NCBI GenBank assembly: GCA_965372795.1
Contig: CBDVDR010000005.1
Span: forward strand, 1-64,000
Reading direction: 5' to 3'
Length of the DNA stretch: 64,000 bases
DNA from: an uncultured bacterium
GTDB taxonomy: Bacteria; Zixibacteria; MSB-5A5; GN15; FEB-12
Shown here: in pieces, positions 48,994-59,503 of the stretch
How positions within the stretch are numbered: position 1 is the first letter of the stretch
How the letters are laid out: every line of letters begins with the position of its first letter
Made by a program: the position numbers and the translations under genes
The notes under the pieces: generated by a model
What the model was told of the DNA's origin: nothing
Databases searched by the model: none
Seen by the model: only the letters and a program-made list of their open reading frames with translations

Positions 48994-50220
48994 CTATTGA
49001 CGTAAAACATCAACAACTTCCAATTTTGATGCCTGGCTAGCAGGATACAAAGCTGCAAAAAAACAGATTACAAAGGTGACAATTCCTGCCAGTAAGAAGT
49101 CCAACAGGTGTGTTTCAATCGGTAAATAACTAATGAAGTATATATCTGGAGGTAAAGAGATCAGTTCGTATCGATTCTGTATAAAAGCAGCCAAAAACGC
49201 AAGTATCCACCCTCCCAAAACGCCACCGATAGCAATCGCCATACCTTTTAAGACAAATATCTTTCGAATTGAGGCAGGAGTCGCTCCAAGAGTTTTTAAG
49301 ACACCTATCTCTTCTCTTTTTTCCATTGTTAACATTACTAAGGTGGAGATAATTGAAAATGCTGCTACAATTACAATAAGTATGAAACCGAGGAAAAGAA
49401 TTTTTTTCTCGATTGCTATCCAGGAAAAAAGATTACGATGTAAAATATACCAGGGGACAACATCATATTTATATTGTAAAGTTGAATCAATGATCGGGTT
49501 CATGCGTTCGGCTTCATAAATATCATCAAGCTTAAGATGAATAGCCGTTACAGCATCACCGATTTTAAATAATTTTTGAGCATCTTTTAATGAAATATAA
49601 GCTAATTGCGAATCAAATTCATACATCCCCGTTTCAAAAATACCTGAGATATAAAACTTTTCAACGCGAGGTCTGGTTTTTTTAAGAAAATCTTCCCCTT
49701 TAAGAGAATACAGTAAAACATTTTCTCCAATAAATAAACCCAAACTTTGCGCTAAAGAATTTCCAATAATCATGCCCGGGATGGTATCATCTTCTGTAAT
49801 AACAGGTTCAAACGTATATTCACCTATTTCAAGATCATTTTTCAGATTCGATGACCTGCTTTCCTGTTCAATATCAATACCCCTAATTACAATTCCATCA
49901 CCAGCTGATGCGGATGATATAGCAGCCTTGTAATAAATAAATGGTGAAGCTGCCATGACTCCGTCAATAGCCTCTACTGAATCAACCAGTTCATTATAAT
50001 TTTTTATGTATGAATTTCTTATCGGGAATATTGAGATGTGTGATGTTGTTCCGAGAAGTCTGGTGCGGATTTCGCTTTCAAAACCGTTATGCATAGACAT
50101 AACAAAGCATACCACCGCAACTCCAAGGGTTACCCCGAGTATTGTCATCCAGGTCGAAACCGAGATGAAAAACCGGCCAGATTTTAAATATCGTCTGGCA
50201 ACGAAATTTTCATATCCCAT
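48994..50220 (-). CDS. Lipoprotein-releasing ABC transporter permease (LolC/E family)
   Basis: ARRYLK, LGVTLGVA...SMHNGF, GIFETGMYEFD, EIGVLKTLGA, YPASQA. Confidence 0.9.
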   Translation of the reverse strand: MGYENFVARRYLKSGRFFISVSTWMTILGVTLGVAVVCFVMSMHNGFESEIRTRLLGTTSHISIFPIRNSYIKNYNELVDSVEAIDGVMAASPFIYYKAAISSASAGDGIVIRGIDIEQESRSSNLKNDLEIGEYTFEPVITEDDTIPGMIIGNSLAQSLGLFIGENVLLYSLKGEDFLKKTRPRVEKFYISGIFETGMYEFDSQLAYISLKDAQKLFKIGDAVTAIHLKLDDIYEAERMNPIIDSTLQYKYDVVPWYILHRNLFSWIAIEKKILFLGFILIVIVAAFSIISTLVMLTMEKREEIGVLKTLGATPASIRKIFVLKGMAIAIGGVLGGWILAFLAAFIQNRYELISLPPDIYFISYLPIETHLLDFLLAGIVTFVICFFAALYPASQASKLEVVDVLRQ

Positions 50221-50336
50221 ACCATTGAATATTATGACTTTAAACTGTTTAAAATCAATTAGAAACTGGAATATTTCAAAAAAACAGTTATTATTCGGGA
50301 TGTTATTAAATTTTGTTATAAAAACAGGCTCAAAAA

Positions 50337-50771
50337 ATGTCTGAATTAATTTCTCACCCAACCGTCACCCGTAAAGCTCTTATAAAAGGTGCGGGAGTTT
50401 TCTGGTCAATTGGCGGAATATTTTTAGTAGTAAGAGCCTTTATTCTTCCGGCAAATACTCAAATGAACTGGATTGTAATCGTTCCGGCGGCATTATTTAT
50501 ATCTTTTTTTAAGTACAAATTTATGTTTTCTAAGATTGTGGGGGAAAATCTCAATAGAATCGCATCACTATCACCCCAAAAAGAGCGAATATGTCTATTT
50601 GCCTTTCAATCAATTGAATCATATTTGCTGATAATCGTAATGATTACAACAAGCATATTTCTTCGAACCCTAAATATCCCATCTTATCTGCTTTCGACCC
50701 TTTTTATTGCTATCGGAGTCGCCCTCTTTTTTGCAAGTCTTTTATATTATAAAGCTTATAAGAAATTATAA
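50337..50771 (+). CDS. Hypothetical four-TM membrane protein
   Basis: Four hydrophobic helices; NLNRI...CLFAFQS motif. Confidence 0.65.
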   Translation: MSELISHPTVTRKALIKGAGVFWSIGGIFLVVRAFILPANTQMNWIVIVPAALFISFFKYKFMFSKIVGENLNRIASLSPQKERICLFAFQSIESYLLIIVMITTSIFLRTLNIPSYLLSTLFIAIGVALFFASLLYYKAYKKL

Positions 50772-50906
50772 ATAACAACATAATATGTTGTATAACAATA
50801 CAATACGAATTTTATTCCATTTCACAGTTAATCGGCAGAGTAGCCCAAATTCATAAAATGATATTCACATAATGAGAACGTATGATTAAATTAAAATAAT
50901 ATTACT

Positions 50907-50924
50907 TTGTTATTTTTTTCACAT
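50907..50924. promoter_or_regulatory. Possible Rex or CRP/FNR-family operator upstream of the hem operon
   Basis: TTGTTAT-N4-TTCACAT (TGTtA-N6-TCACA); the AT-rich context lowers specificity. Confidence 0.3.
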
Positions 50925-51018
50925 AAATAATGACAAAATTATGACAATCGATATCTCTTTTATTGCATCTTGTCCCTCAAGATGAGCATAAATAGAATTA
51001 AAAAGGAACTTTAGGGAT

Positions 51019-52287
51019 ATGGAATTTGGCATAATCGGAACTTCAATCTGGCAACAGAACATGCCTCTCCTTGAGAGATTAACAATAAATCCTGAGACAA
51101 AAGAAGATACTTTAAATCGTTTAAAATCAATCCTTGAATTAAAAGAATTGATTTACCTTTCTACCTGCAACCGGGTTGAGTTTATATTTGTAAAGTCTGA
51201 GAATATTTCCAACGCTCAAATCCTTCATCGCTTGATAGATTTCTTTTTCAAAGGTCGAAAAAATATCAGCTTCTTCCCTAACGATTTTTTCCAATTCAGC
51301 GGTAAAGAAGCGGTGACTCACCTTTTCAGGACTACTTCTTCTCTTGAATCTCTTGTAGTTGGTGAATCACAGATATCCGGTCAATTCAAAAACGCTTTTC
51401 AGGAAGCAAAAGAATTCGGTCTTTGTGGTTTAAGTCTTGAAACTCTGGCTAAAGAAGCTCTTGTAGTTTCCAAAAAAGTTAAAAAAGAGACTTCCATAGG
51501 ACAAGGATGTGTTTCAATGGCATCCTTAGCCGCCAATGAATTATTAGATTCCTTGCCGGGTGTAAAAAATCCAAAAGTAGCTTTGGTTGGATCCGGTGAA
51601 ATGTCGGTTAAAATGGCTAAGTATGTTAAAGACCTTCTTAAGGGTGAAATTGTTTTTGTAAACCGTACTCTTGAGAAAGCAGAAAAACTAGCCAAAGATC
51701 ATAACGGTACCGCGATTTCACTAAAATCATTTAAAGAAAATCCGATTGCAGTTGATGCCATCGTATCAGCCACTGCTTGTTCTGAACCGATATTTGGTCT
51801 TGAATTTTTGAATCTTCTTAAAGAAAATCATATTCCGGTAGTTTGTATTGATCTGGCAATTCCTCGCGATTTTTCTTTTGAATTCAGCGGCATCCAGAAA
51901 GTTAATCTGATTGATATTCCTTATTTAAAAGCAAAAGTTCAGGATAATCTTCGTAAGAAATTTGTTGAAGCATCACAGGCAGATGAAATCGTCAGAGATG
52001 CTGTTTTAAAATTCCTGTCTAACAGAATTGAACTATCCCTAAAACCGATATTTAATGACAGCTATAAAGCATCAATCGAATTTGCCCGCAAAGCTTTTGA
52101 TGATCTTCTTTCGCATCGTATGACCTCTCTACCTGAAGAAGAAAAAGAATTGATGTTTGAACTTATCACTAAATTAGTGGGTCACTCATCATTCCAGCCG
52201 GTTAGAATGCTTTCTTCACATTTTGTTGAAATGCGCTCCAAGTTCAATTTTGAAGACTTTTCAACTGATCGGAAGGAAGCGGTTTGA
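51019..52287 (+). CDS. hemA: Glutamyl-tRNA reductase
   Basis: STCNRVE, SLESLVVGESQI-x-GQ, GSGEM, DLAIPRD. Confidence 0.95.
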   Translation: MEFGIIGTSIWQQNMPLLERLTINPETKEDTLNRLKSILELKELIYLSTCNRVEFIFVKSENISNAQILHRLIDFFFKGRKNISFFPNDFFQFSGKEAVTHLFRTTSSLESLVVGESQISGQFKNAFQEAKEFGLCGLSLETLAKEALVVSKKVKKETSIGQGCVSMASLAANELLDSLPGVKNPKVALVGSGEMSVKMAKYVKDLLKGEIVFVNRTLEKAEKLAKDHNGTAISLKSFKENPIAVDAIVSATACSEPIFGLEFLNLLKENHIPVVCIDLAIPRDFSFEFSGIQKVNLIDIPYLKAKVQDNLRKKFVEASQADEIVRDAVLKFLSNRIELSLKPIFNDSYKASIEFARKAFDDLLSHRMTSLPEEEKELMFELITKLVGHSSFQPVRMLSSHFVEMRSKFNFEDFSTDRKEAV

Positions 52288-53192
52288 CAAAAACAAGTTT
52301 AGTTATCGGGTCACGAGGCTCGGATCTGGCTTTATTTCAGGCAAATTTCATTCACGATATCCTCGTAAATGATCACAATTGTGATGTAGAGATAAAAATC
52401 ATAAAAACTATTGGTGACAAGCTCGATCAGATATCTTTTGAAAAGATGGAAGGTAAAGGCTTTTTCACAAAAGAACTCGAAGATGCCCTGCTTCAAAACG
52501 AAATTGATCTGGCGGTTCATTCCCTTAAAGATTTAATGACCTCCCAGCCTGCCGGTTTGAAACTTGGAGCTGCCGGGTATCGGGTTGACCGTCGGGAAAT
52601 GCTGCTTATCAGTAATAGCAGTAAAACTGAAAGCGGAATTCTTCCTATCAAAGATGGCGGTATTATTGGAACCAGTTCTGCCCGCAGAAAATCACAAATA
52701 GCGCATCTAAACCCATCTCTGCAAATAAAAGACCTTCGCGGTAATGTCCCGACCAGAATCAAAAAACTTCGCGATGGACAGTATGATGCAATTATTCTGG
52801 CTGCTGCCGGAGTTACAAGACTTGAACTTGATGTTTCTGATCTGGCAGTCATTTTATTGGACTCCGAACAGTTTTTCCCGGCACCTGCTCAGGGGATTCT
52901 TGGTATTCAAATTCGGGAAAATGATCCAAAAGTTGAAGCTGTGATTTCCAAAATGGGTTCCACTCAAGAAATGAACGAAGCTATGCTTGAGCGGGGATTG
53001 CTGGCCAAGTTTGATTCCGGCTGCTCTTTACCTTTGGGAGTGTTCTCAAAATTTGAAAATGATACGTATACTCTTAAAGCAGTTCTCGGACAGATAGATG
53101 ATGAAAAATGGACAGGCTTGAAACGCATTGAAATTTCCGGAACTGACATTAACCAAATTGTTGAAGAAGCGTTTAATAAGTTGAAAGACTAA
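52284..53192 (+). CDS. hemC: Hydroxymethylbilane synthase
   Basis: GSRGSDLA, KGFFTKELE, AVHSLKD, GTSSARR, LRGNVPTR, GCSLP. Confidence 0.95.
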   Translation: MTKTSLVIGSRGSDLALFQANFIHDILVNDHNCDVEIKIIKTIGDKLDQISFEKMEGKGFFTKELEDALLQNEIDLAVHSLKDLMTSQPAGLKLGAAGYRVDRREMLLISNSSKTESGILPIKDGGIIGTSSARRKSQIAHLNPSLQIKDLRGNVPTRIKKLRDGQYDAIILAAAGVTRLELDVSDLAVILLDSEQFFPAPAQGILGIQIRENDPKVEAVISKMGSTQEMNEAMLERGLLAKFDSGCSLPLGVFSKFENDTYTLKAVLGQIDDEKWTGLKRIEISGTDINQIVEEAFNKLKD

Positions 53193-53199
53193 TTAAGAA

Positions 53200-53898
53200 T
53201 TGAAAATAGGAATTACCCGACCATCAGATCAATTGGCAGAAATAACGGAAAAAGCAACTCAAAGAGGGGTAGACATTGTCGCATTACCTCTTACAACAAT
53301 TACTGCTATTCCGTTTGAATGGCCTCTGGAAAATTTTCCGGATGCTGTTGATTGGCTTATTTTTACAAGCGGCAATGCAGTCAACATATTCTTCGAGCAA
53401 CTTAATCAAAACGACAAAAATTTAGATCAAAATATTAAAATTGCCTCAATCGGCGAAAAGACTTCAAGAGTTTTAAAAAAATATAATCAAACCCCCGAAA
53501 TGACATCTTCCAATTCTTACGGTAAGATCTTGTTTGCTGAATTTGTAAATAAATTTAAAGCACAAAATCTATCGGTAGTTTATGCCAGAGCAAAAGAAGT
53601 TGTTAACGATCCTTCGGAATTATTTTCTCAAAACAAAATAAATTTATATTCGCTTATTTGCTATGAGACATTGGAAAACAAAATTGAGAAATCATTGGTT
53701 GAAGAGTTTGCTAAGGATGATCTGATGTTATTCACTTCCCCATCGAATGTAAAATCTTATGCTAATCAAATTGGGAAACCACATTCATCAGTTTTAGCTA
53801 TCGGCGACACAACCGCCGGCGAAATGAGAAAGCAGGCTTGGGATAAATTTGAAATTATGAATAATCATGATATTAATAATGTATTGGAGTACATATAA
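53200..53898 (+). CDS. hemD: Uroporphyrinogen-III synthase
   Basis: ITRP, FTSGNAV, IGEKT, FTSPS, IGDTT. Confidence 0.88.
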   Translation: MKIGITRPSDQLAEITEKATQRGVDIVALPLTTITAIPFEWPLENFPDAVDWLIFTSGNAVNIFFEQLNQNDKNLDQNIKIASIGEKTSRVLKKYNQTPEMTSSNSYGKILFAEFVNKFKAQNLSVVYARAKEVVNDPSELFSQNKINLYSLICYETLENKIEKSLVEEFAKDDLMLFTSPSNVKSYANQIGKPHSSVLAIGDTTAGEMRKQAWDKFEIMNNHDINNVLEYI

Positions 53899-54878
53899 TG
53901 GAACAGATGTACCGCCCCAGACGAATGCGGCGCACCCAGATTATAAGAGACCTCGCCTTTGAGCATACTTTCCAAACCTGTCGGTTGATTCAGCCTTATT
54001 TTGTTTGCGAAGGAAATTCTATCAAAGAAGAGATAAAAGGGCTCCCCGGAATTTACCGTGAATCGACTGATTCTCTTATAAAGTCTGTGACCGATGATAA
54101 AAAACTCGGCATCAATAATATTATGCTTTTTGGTGTAACCGACCGTAAAGATCAGATGGCAACTTCCTCAATGGATCAAACTAATCCTGTTATTTCAGCG
54201 ACCAAACAGCTTAAAAAAGAATTTGGCGATGACCTATTTGTCAGTGCCGATGTTTGTTTGTGTGCCTACACCGATACCGGACATTGCGGCGTATCTGTTA
54301 ATGATGAAATTGACAACGATAAATCAGTCGAAGTCCTAAGCAATATGGCTTTGGCTTTGGCGAATGTCGGTTGTGACTGTGTGGCTCCATCGGATATGAT
54401 GGATGGCAGAGTCGGGGCGATTCGAGAAATTTTGGAAGTAAATAATCATCCTGATACAATTATTATGGCATATACGGCCAAGTATGCTTCATCTTATTAT
54501 GGTCCTTTCCGCGAAGCGGCCAATTCATCCCCCGGAAAAGGGAATCGCAAAGTGTATCAGATGGATTTTCGCAATCGCACCGAAGCCATGCGGGAATTGA
54601 TGCTTGATGAAGAAGAGGGTGCTGATATTGTCATGGTCAAACCGGCACTGGCATATTTGGATATTATTTCTGATTTTAAAAAGAATACTGAAATACCGGT
54701 CGCGGCTTATAATGTATCCGGTGAATACACGCAAGTCAAACTTATGGCGCAAGCCGGACTTGTTGATGAAGGACAAATGGTTGTTGAAAATCTAATAGCA
54801 ATGACCCGAGCCGGAGCATCGATAATTCTAACTTATCATTTAAGAGATATTTTGAAAAACGGGTGGAAGAATGGGTAA
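53898..54878 (+). CDS. hemB: Porphobilinogen synthase, Zn-type
   Basis: RPRRMR, DVCLCAYTDTGHCG, PSDMMDGR, YYGPFR, MVKP. Confidence 0.96.
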   Translation: MEQMYRPRRMRRTQIIRDLAFEHTFQTCRLIQPYFVCEGNSIKEEIKGLPGIYRESTDSLIKSVTDDKKLGINNIMLFGVTDRKDQMATSSMDQTNPVISATKQLKKEFGDDLFVSADVCLCAYTDTGHCGVSVNDEIDNDKSVEVLSNMALALANVGCDCVAPSDMMDGRVGAIREILEVNNHPDTIIMAYTAKYASSYYGPFREAANSSPGKGNRKVYQMDFRNRTEAMRELMLDEEEGADIVMVKPALAYLDIISDFKKNTEIPVAAYNVSGEYTQVKLMAQAGLVDEGQMVVENLIAMTRAGASIILTYHLRDILKNGWKNG

Positions 54879-56166
54879 TACAGACAAATCTAAAAAGCTA
54901 ATGGAACTGGCTAAAAAAGTAACTCCCGGCGGTGTTAACTCTCCGGTAAGAGCTTTTAAATCGGTTACGGGAACTCCAAGAATTATTGATAGAGGTGAAG
55001 GCGGATACCTTATTGATGTTGATGAAAATAGATATATCGATTTTTGCTGTTCATGGGGTCCATTGATCCTTGGTCACGCCGACCCTGATGTTGTTGACGC
55101 TGTTAAAACACAGGTTGATAAAGGCATGACATTCGGCGCCTCAACCGAACTGGAATATCAGTTAGCAGAATTTATGGTCGGGCATGTTGATCCGATTGAA
55201 AAAATTCGTTTTGTCTCATCCGGAACCGAAGCTGTTATGTCGGCGATAAGACTTGCACGGGGATTTACAGGACGGGATTTGATTGTTAAATTTGAAGGTT
55301 GTTATCATGGTCATTCCGATCATCTGCTGGTAAAAGCCGGTTCAGGACTGGTAACATTTGGGCAACCATCTTCTGCAGGGGTTCCTGAAGATATTACCAA
55401 AAATACAATCGTGCTTCCGTTGGACAATGAAGAGATGCTCGAAAAATTGTTTACCGAAAAAGGTGATCAGATCGCCGCAATCATTATAGAAGGCATCCCG
55501 GCAAACAACGGCTTGCTGATTCAAAGACACGATTACATGCGCCGATTGAGAGCCTTGACTGAGAAACATGGCGCTTTGTTGATTCTTGATGAAGTTATCA
55601 CCGGATTCCGTCTTGGATTCGGTGGCGCAGCAGCCTATTACGGCGTTCATCCTGATCTTGTCACCTATGGTAAAATTATCGGCGGCGGTATGCCGGTTGG
55701 TGCATTTGGCGGTCGGGCTGATGTGATGGACAAACTTTCGCCGGATGGTCCGGTTTATCAAGCGGGAACTCTATCAGGCAATCCGGTGGCAATGACAGCC
55801 GGTTTGACGACTCTAAGAAAACTAGCTAACGGTAAAATTTATAACGAATTAGAAATAAAAAATCGTAATTTTGTCAGTAAAATAACAACCGAACTTTCAA
55901 ATTATAATTTCACGGTGGTCGGTGTAGCTTCAATGTACTGGATACTGTTCCAGCGTGAACACCCCCGCGCCGCATCGGAAATTAATCCGAACGGTATTTC
56001 ACATTACAATCGGATGCATGAATCAATTCTCGATCAGGGTGTTTATATACCGCCGAGTGGATATGAAGTCTGTTTTATTTCTGCCGCGCATACTGATGAG
56101 ATGCTTGATGAAGCTTCGGATGTTTTAATTAATGCGATCAAAAAAGAGGCTCATACATGGTCATAG
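54871..56166 (+). CDS. hemL: Glutamate-1-semialdehyde 2,1-aminomutase
   Basis: PGGVNSPVRA, SGTEA, GCYHGH, GKIIGGG, YQAGTLSGNP. Confidence 0.96.
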   Translation: MGNTDKSKKLMELAKKVTPGGVNSPVRAFKSVTGTPRIIDRGEGGYLIDVDENRYIDFCCSWGPLILGHADPDVVDAVKTQVDKGMTFGASTELEYQLAEFMVGHVDPIEKIRFVSSGTEAVMSAIRLARGFTGRDLIVKFEGCYHGHSDHLLVKAGSGLVTFGQPSSAGVPEDITKNTIVLPLDNEEMLEKLFTEKGDQIAAIIIEGIPANNGLLIQRHDYMRRLRALTEKHGALLILDEVITGFRLGFGGAAAYYGVHPDLVTYGKIIGGGMPVGAFGGRADVMDKLSPDGPVYQAGTLSGNPVAMTAGLTTLRKLANGKIYNELEIKNRNFVSKITTELSNYNFTVVGVASMYWILFQREHPRAASEINPNGISHYNRMHESILDQGVYIPPSGYEVCFISAAHTDEMLDEASDVLINAIKKEAHTWS

Positions 56167-57182
56167 AAAATTCAAACTTCATAAACGCCTGTTATGGCAA
56201 AAATAAAGGCGCTATCCCCGTTTGGATAATGAGACAAGCCGGAAGATACCTTCCGGAATATCTGGAAGTGCGCTCGAAAGCATCATTTATTGAGCTGTGT
56301 GAATCTCCTGATTTGATTGCTGAAGTTGTCAGACAACCGATTGCCAGATTTAATCTTGATGCTGCGATTTTGTTTTCTGATATCCTGACGATGCTCGACC
56401 CGATGGGAATGAAATTTGAATTCCCCGAAGGCGGACCGAGAATTGAAAACCCGATTGAAACACCTGACGATGTTAAACGCCTGCATGATTTTGATGTCAA
56501 AGAAAAACTTCCTTTTGTATATGACGGCATTAGAAAAATCAAAGAGATTCTGCCTGACACACCTCTGATTGGTTTTACCGGATCACCTTTTACTCTTGCC
56601 TGTTATTTGATCGAAGGCAAAGGTTCGAAGAATTTTGATAAAGCTAAAAAATTCCTGCATACTTACCCTGAAGCCTCACAGGACCTTTTTGATCTGCTAA
56701 GCACTGTCATAGCAAAACATCTTTCAGCCCAAATAGATGCCGGAGCCGAAGCCGTTCAATTGTTCCAGAGCTGGGACGGGATTTTATCTTATGAAAATTA
56801 CCGTCGCTGGTCGGTTGAACCGGCTCAGAAAATTTTTGGGAAATTAAAAGAAAAAAATGTGCCAAGGATTTTGTTTGTAAATAATGTTGCTCCATACCTT
56901 GATCTTGTTAACGGCGTCGACTGTGAAGTTATCGGGGTTGATTACCGCATAGACCTTGCAACAGCGATGAAAAGTTTACCAACCAAAGCTGTTCAGGGGA
57001 ATCTTGATCCGTCAATTCTGTTTGGTCCGATTGAGAAAGTCAAAGAAGCCACGCTTAAAATTTTGGACAGCCTGCCGGGACATGATAACCTGATTTTTAA
57101 TCTTGGTCATGGAATTCAACCGAAAACTCCAATCGAATCAGTAACTGCTGTCGTAGAAACAGTAAAAAATTACAGGAAATAA
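56157..57182 (+). CDS. hemE: Uroporphyrinogen decarboxylase
   Basis: WIMRQAGRYLPEY, AAILFSDI, QGNLDP, NLGHG. Confidence 0.96.
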   Translation: MVIENSNFINACYGKNKGAIPVWIMRQAGRYLPEYLEVRSKASFIELCESPDLIAEVVRQPIARFNLDAAILFSDILTMLDPMGMKFEFPEGGPRIENPIETPDDVKRLHDFDVKEKLPFVYDGIRKIKEILPDTPLIGFTGSPFTLACYLIEGKGSKNFDKAKKFLHTYPEASQDLFDLLSTVIAKHLSAQIDAGAEAVQLFQSWDGILSYENYRRWSVEPAQKIFGKLKEKNVPRILFVNNVAPYLDLVNGVDCEVIGVDYRIDLATAMKSLPTKAVQGNLDPSILFGPIEKVKEATLKILDSLPGHDNLIFNLGHGIQPKTPIESVTAVVETVKNYRK

Positions 57183-57183
57183 T

Positions 57184-58569
57184 ATGTCTGAGAACCGTAC
57201 AACTTCAATACCGATTGAACTATTAAAAAAGTACGACAAACCGGGACCTCGCTATACCAGCTATCCAACCGCCCCAATCTGGACTGATAAAATCGGCAAC
57301 AAAGAATATGCTGAAGATTTAAAAGAAGCTTCAGAACACAGCGACAAAACTCTATCAATTTACACTCACATACCGTTTTGCAAAAAACGCTGTTTCTATT
57401 GCGGATGCAATACCTGCATTACCAATGAAAAGAAAAATTCAGACGATTATATTGAAGTCATTTGTAAAGAGATTACCAAAACTTCTTCATTATTAGCTCC
57501 ACGCAAAAAAATCAGTCAGCTACATTTTGGCGGAGGCACCCCGACCTTCCTTGATATTGAAGGATTAGGCAAAATCTTAGACTGTTATGATGCTTCATTT
57601 GATTTCATTGAGGGATGCGAAAAATCAATTGAAGTCGACCCGCGGGTCACTTCCGAAGAACAACTTGACTACCTAGCCTCTCGTGGATTCAATCGGGTTT
57701 CAATCGGCGTTCAGGATTTCGATCCCGAAGTTCAAAAGGCAAGCGGACGGGTTCAGACCGATGAATTGGTTGCCGCTGTTTTGGATAAATGCCGAAGTTT
57801 AAATTTTAAGGGAATTAACTTTGACCTGATTTATGGACTTCCCCGTCAAACAGCTGAAAGTTTTAAAGCTACTATTGAAAAAGCGATTAAATTCAGACCT
57901 GATCGCCTGGCAGTTTATTCTTTTGCCTATCTCCCGGACTTAAAATCCAATCAGGCAAAAATAATTGAAGATGAACTTCCGATTACGGAAATCAAATACC
58001 AGCTCTTTGCCGATTCGATAGAAAAATTTACTGCTGCCGGGTATCGTCAGATTGGGATGGATCACTTTGCTCTTCCTGATGATGAATTATCTGTTGCTCA
58101 GACCGACGGCCGACTGCATCGAAATTTTATGGGATATACCGTTCAAGCTTCTGAGGAAATGATAGGGATCGGGATGTCATCAATCGGCTATATCAATAAC
58201 GCTTTTTTTCAAAATTTATCAAAGATTAACAGCTATAAAGAGGAAGTCAACTCGGACGATTTTGCTGTTTATCGGGGGATGCGTCTTTCCAACGATGATC
58301 TTATCAGACAATTTCTGATTCAGTCTTTGATGTGCAATTTCCATTTCTCTTTCGCTTCTATGAAGGAAAAATTCAATGTTGATTATCATGAATATTTCAA
58401 AGAGGAGCACCCAAACTTAAAAGAGTTTGTTGAAGACGGCTTTATGACAATTGATGATAACAGCCTGAATGTCACCCCGCTTGGAAGAACCTTTGTGAGA
58501 AATATCTCCATGACCTATGACGCCTACTTAAAAGGCGACAAAAAGGCTACTTTCTCCAGGACAATCTAA
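57184..58569 (+). CDS. hemN: Oxygen-independent coproporphyrinogen III oxidase (radical SAM)
   Basis: GPRYTSYPTA, HIPFC-x3-C-x2-C, GGGTP, RNFMGY. Confidence 0.93.
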   Translation: MSENRTTSIPIELLKKYDKPGPRYTSYPTAPIWTDKIGNKEYAEDLKEASEHSDKTLSIYTHIPFCKKRCFYCGCNTCITNEKKNSDDYIEVICKEITKTSSLLAPRKKISQLHFGGGTPTFLDIEGLGKILDCYDASFDFIEGCEKSIEVDPRVTSEEQLDYLASRGFNRVSIGVQDFDPEVQKASGRVQTDELVAAVLDKCRSLNFKGINFDLIYGLPRQTAESFKATIEKAIKFRPDRLAVYSFAYLPDLKSNQAKIIEDELPITEIKYQLFADSIEKFTAAGYRQIGMDHFALPDDELSVAQTDGRLHRNFMGYTVQASEEMIGIGMSSIGYINNAFFQNLSKINSYKEEVNSDDFAVYRGMRLSNDDLIRQFLIQSLMCNFHFSFASMKEKFNVDYHEYFKEEHPNLKEFVEDGFMTIDDNSLNVTPLGRTFVRNISMTYDAYLKGDKKATFSRTI

Positions 58570-59502
58570 ATGGGAAAAACCGGTGTCATACTCCTTAGTA
58601 TGGGAGGTCCTGAGAAATTAGATGACATCAAAGAATATTTGTATAATATTTTTTCTGATCGACTATTGATTCAACTTCCCGGCGGATCATTGTTTCAGAA
58701 ACCGTTCGCCAAACTAATTTCATCGTTGCGTTACAAAAAGGTTCAAGCCCATTATGAACTTATTGGCGGCAGTTCGCCGCTTTTGAAATGGACCAAATCA
58801 CAGGCAGTCCAAATTGAAAAATACTTCCAAAACGATAAGATTGATTTAAAATGCTATATAGGAATGCGTTATTTTCATCCCTATATTGACAAAACTGTTA
58901 AACAAGCTATTAAAGATGGGTGCAAAAGACTAATCGTTCTCCCACTTTATCCACAGTTCAGCCTTGGTACAACCGGCTCCTCCATATGGGAAATAAAAAA
59001 AGTTATATCTCTACATAACGACATTGAAACTATCTACATTGATGATTTCCATGACGACACGGGGTACATTGATTTACTAAAAGATTATATCGAACAGAAT
59101 ATAAATGAGAATGATATCCTGCTGTTTTCAGCTCATTCTATTCCTGAAAAATTTGTTAAAAAGGGCGATCCTTATGTTGATCGCACTAAATTGACCGCCT
59201 CCAAAGTTGCCGGAGTGAGAGAGCATTTTGTAACCTTCCAAAGTCGTACCGGACCGGTTGAATGGGTAGGACCGGATACGGTTGAAACTGTTAGAGAACT
59301 GTTGCACAACCGGAAAGGGAATATTTTTATTGTTCCGATCAGTTTTGTCTGTGACCATATTGAAACGATGTATGAAATAGATATTGAGTTAAAATCACTT
59401 GTTGATGAAAAACATAGAGATCGAATTAAAAGAATGCCGATGTTCAACGATGATAAGAAATTTGCTATGGTGCTATCTAATATTATAAAGAGCAGGATGT
59501 AA
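58570..59502 (+). CDS. hemH: Ferrochelatase
   Basis: MGGP, MRY, PLYPQFS, FSAHSIP, SFVCDHIET-x-x-EID. Confidence 0.93.
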   Translation: MGKTGVILLSMGGPEKLDDIKEYLYNIFSDRLLIQLPGGSLFQKPFAKLISSLRYKKVQAHYELIGGSSPLLKWTKSQAVQIEKYFQNDKIDLKCYIGMRYFHPYIDKTVKQAIKDGCKRLIVLPLYPQFSLGTTGSSIWEIKKVISLHNDIETIYIDDFHDDTGYIDLLKDYIEQNINENDILLFSAHSIPEKFVKKGDPYVDRTKLTASKVAGVREHFVTFQSRTGPVEWVGPDTVETVRELLHNRKGNIFIVPISFVCDHIETMYEIDIELKSLVDEKHRDRIKRMPMFNDDKKFAMVLSNIIKSRM

Positions 59503-59503
59503 A

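Noticed and set aside
50221..50361. N-terminal extension of the LolC/E ORF
   Set aside because: Family similarity begins at MGYENFVARRYL; the extension overlaps the divergent gene.
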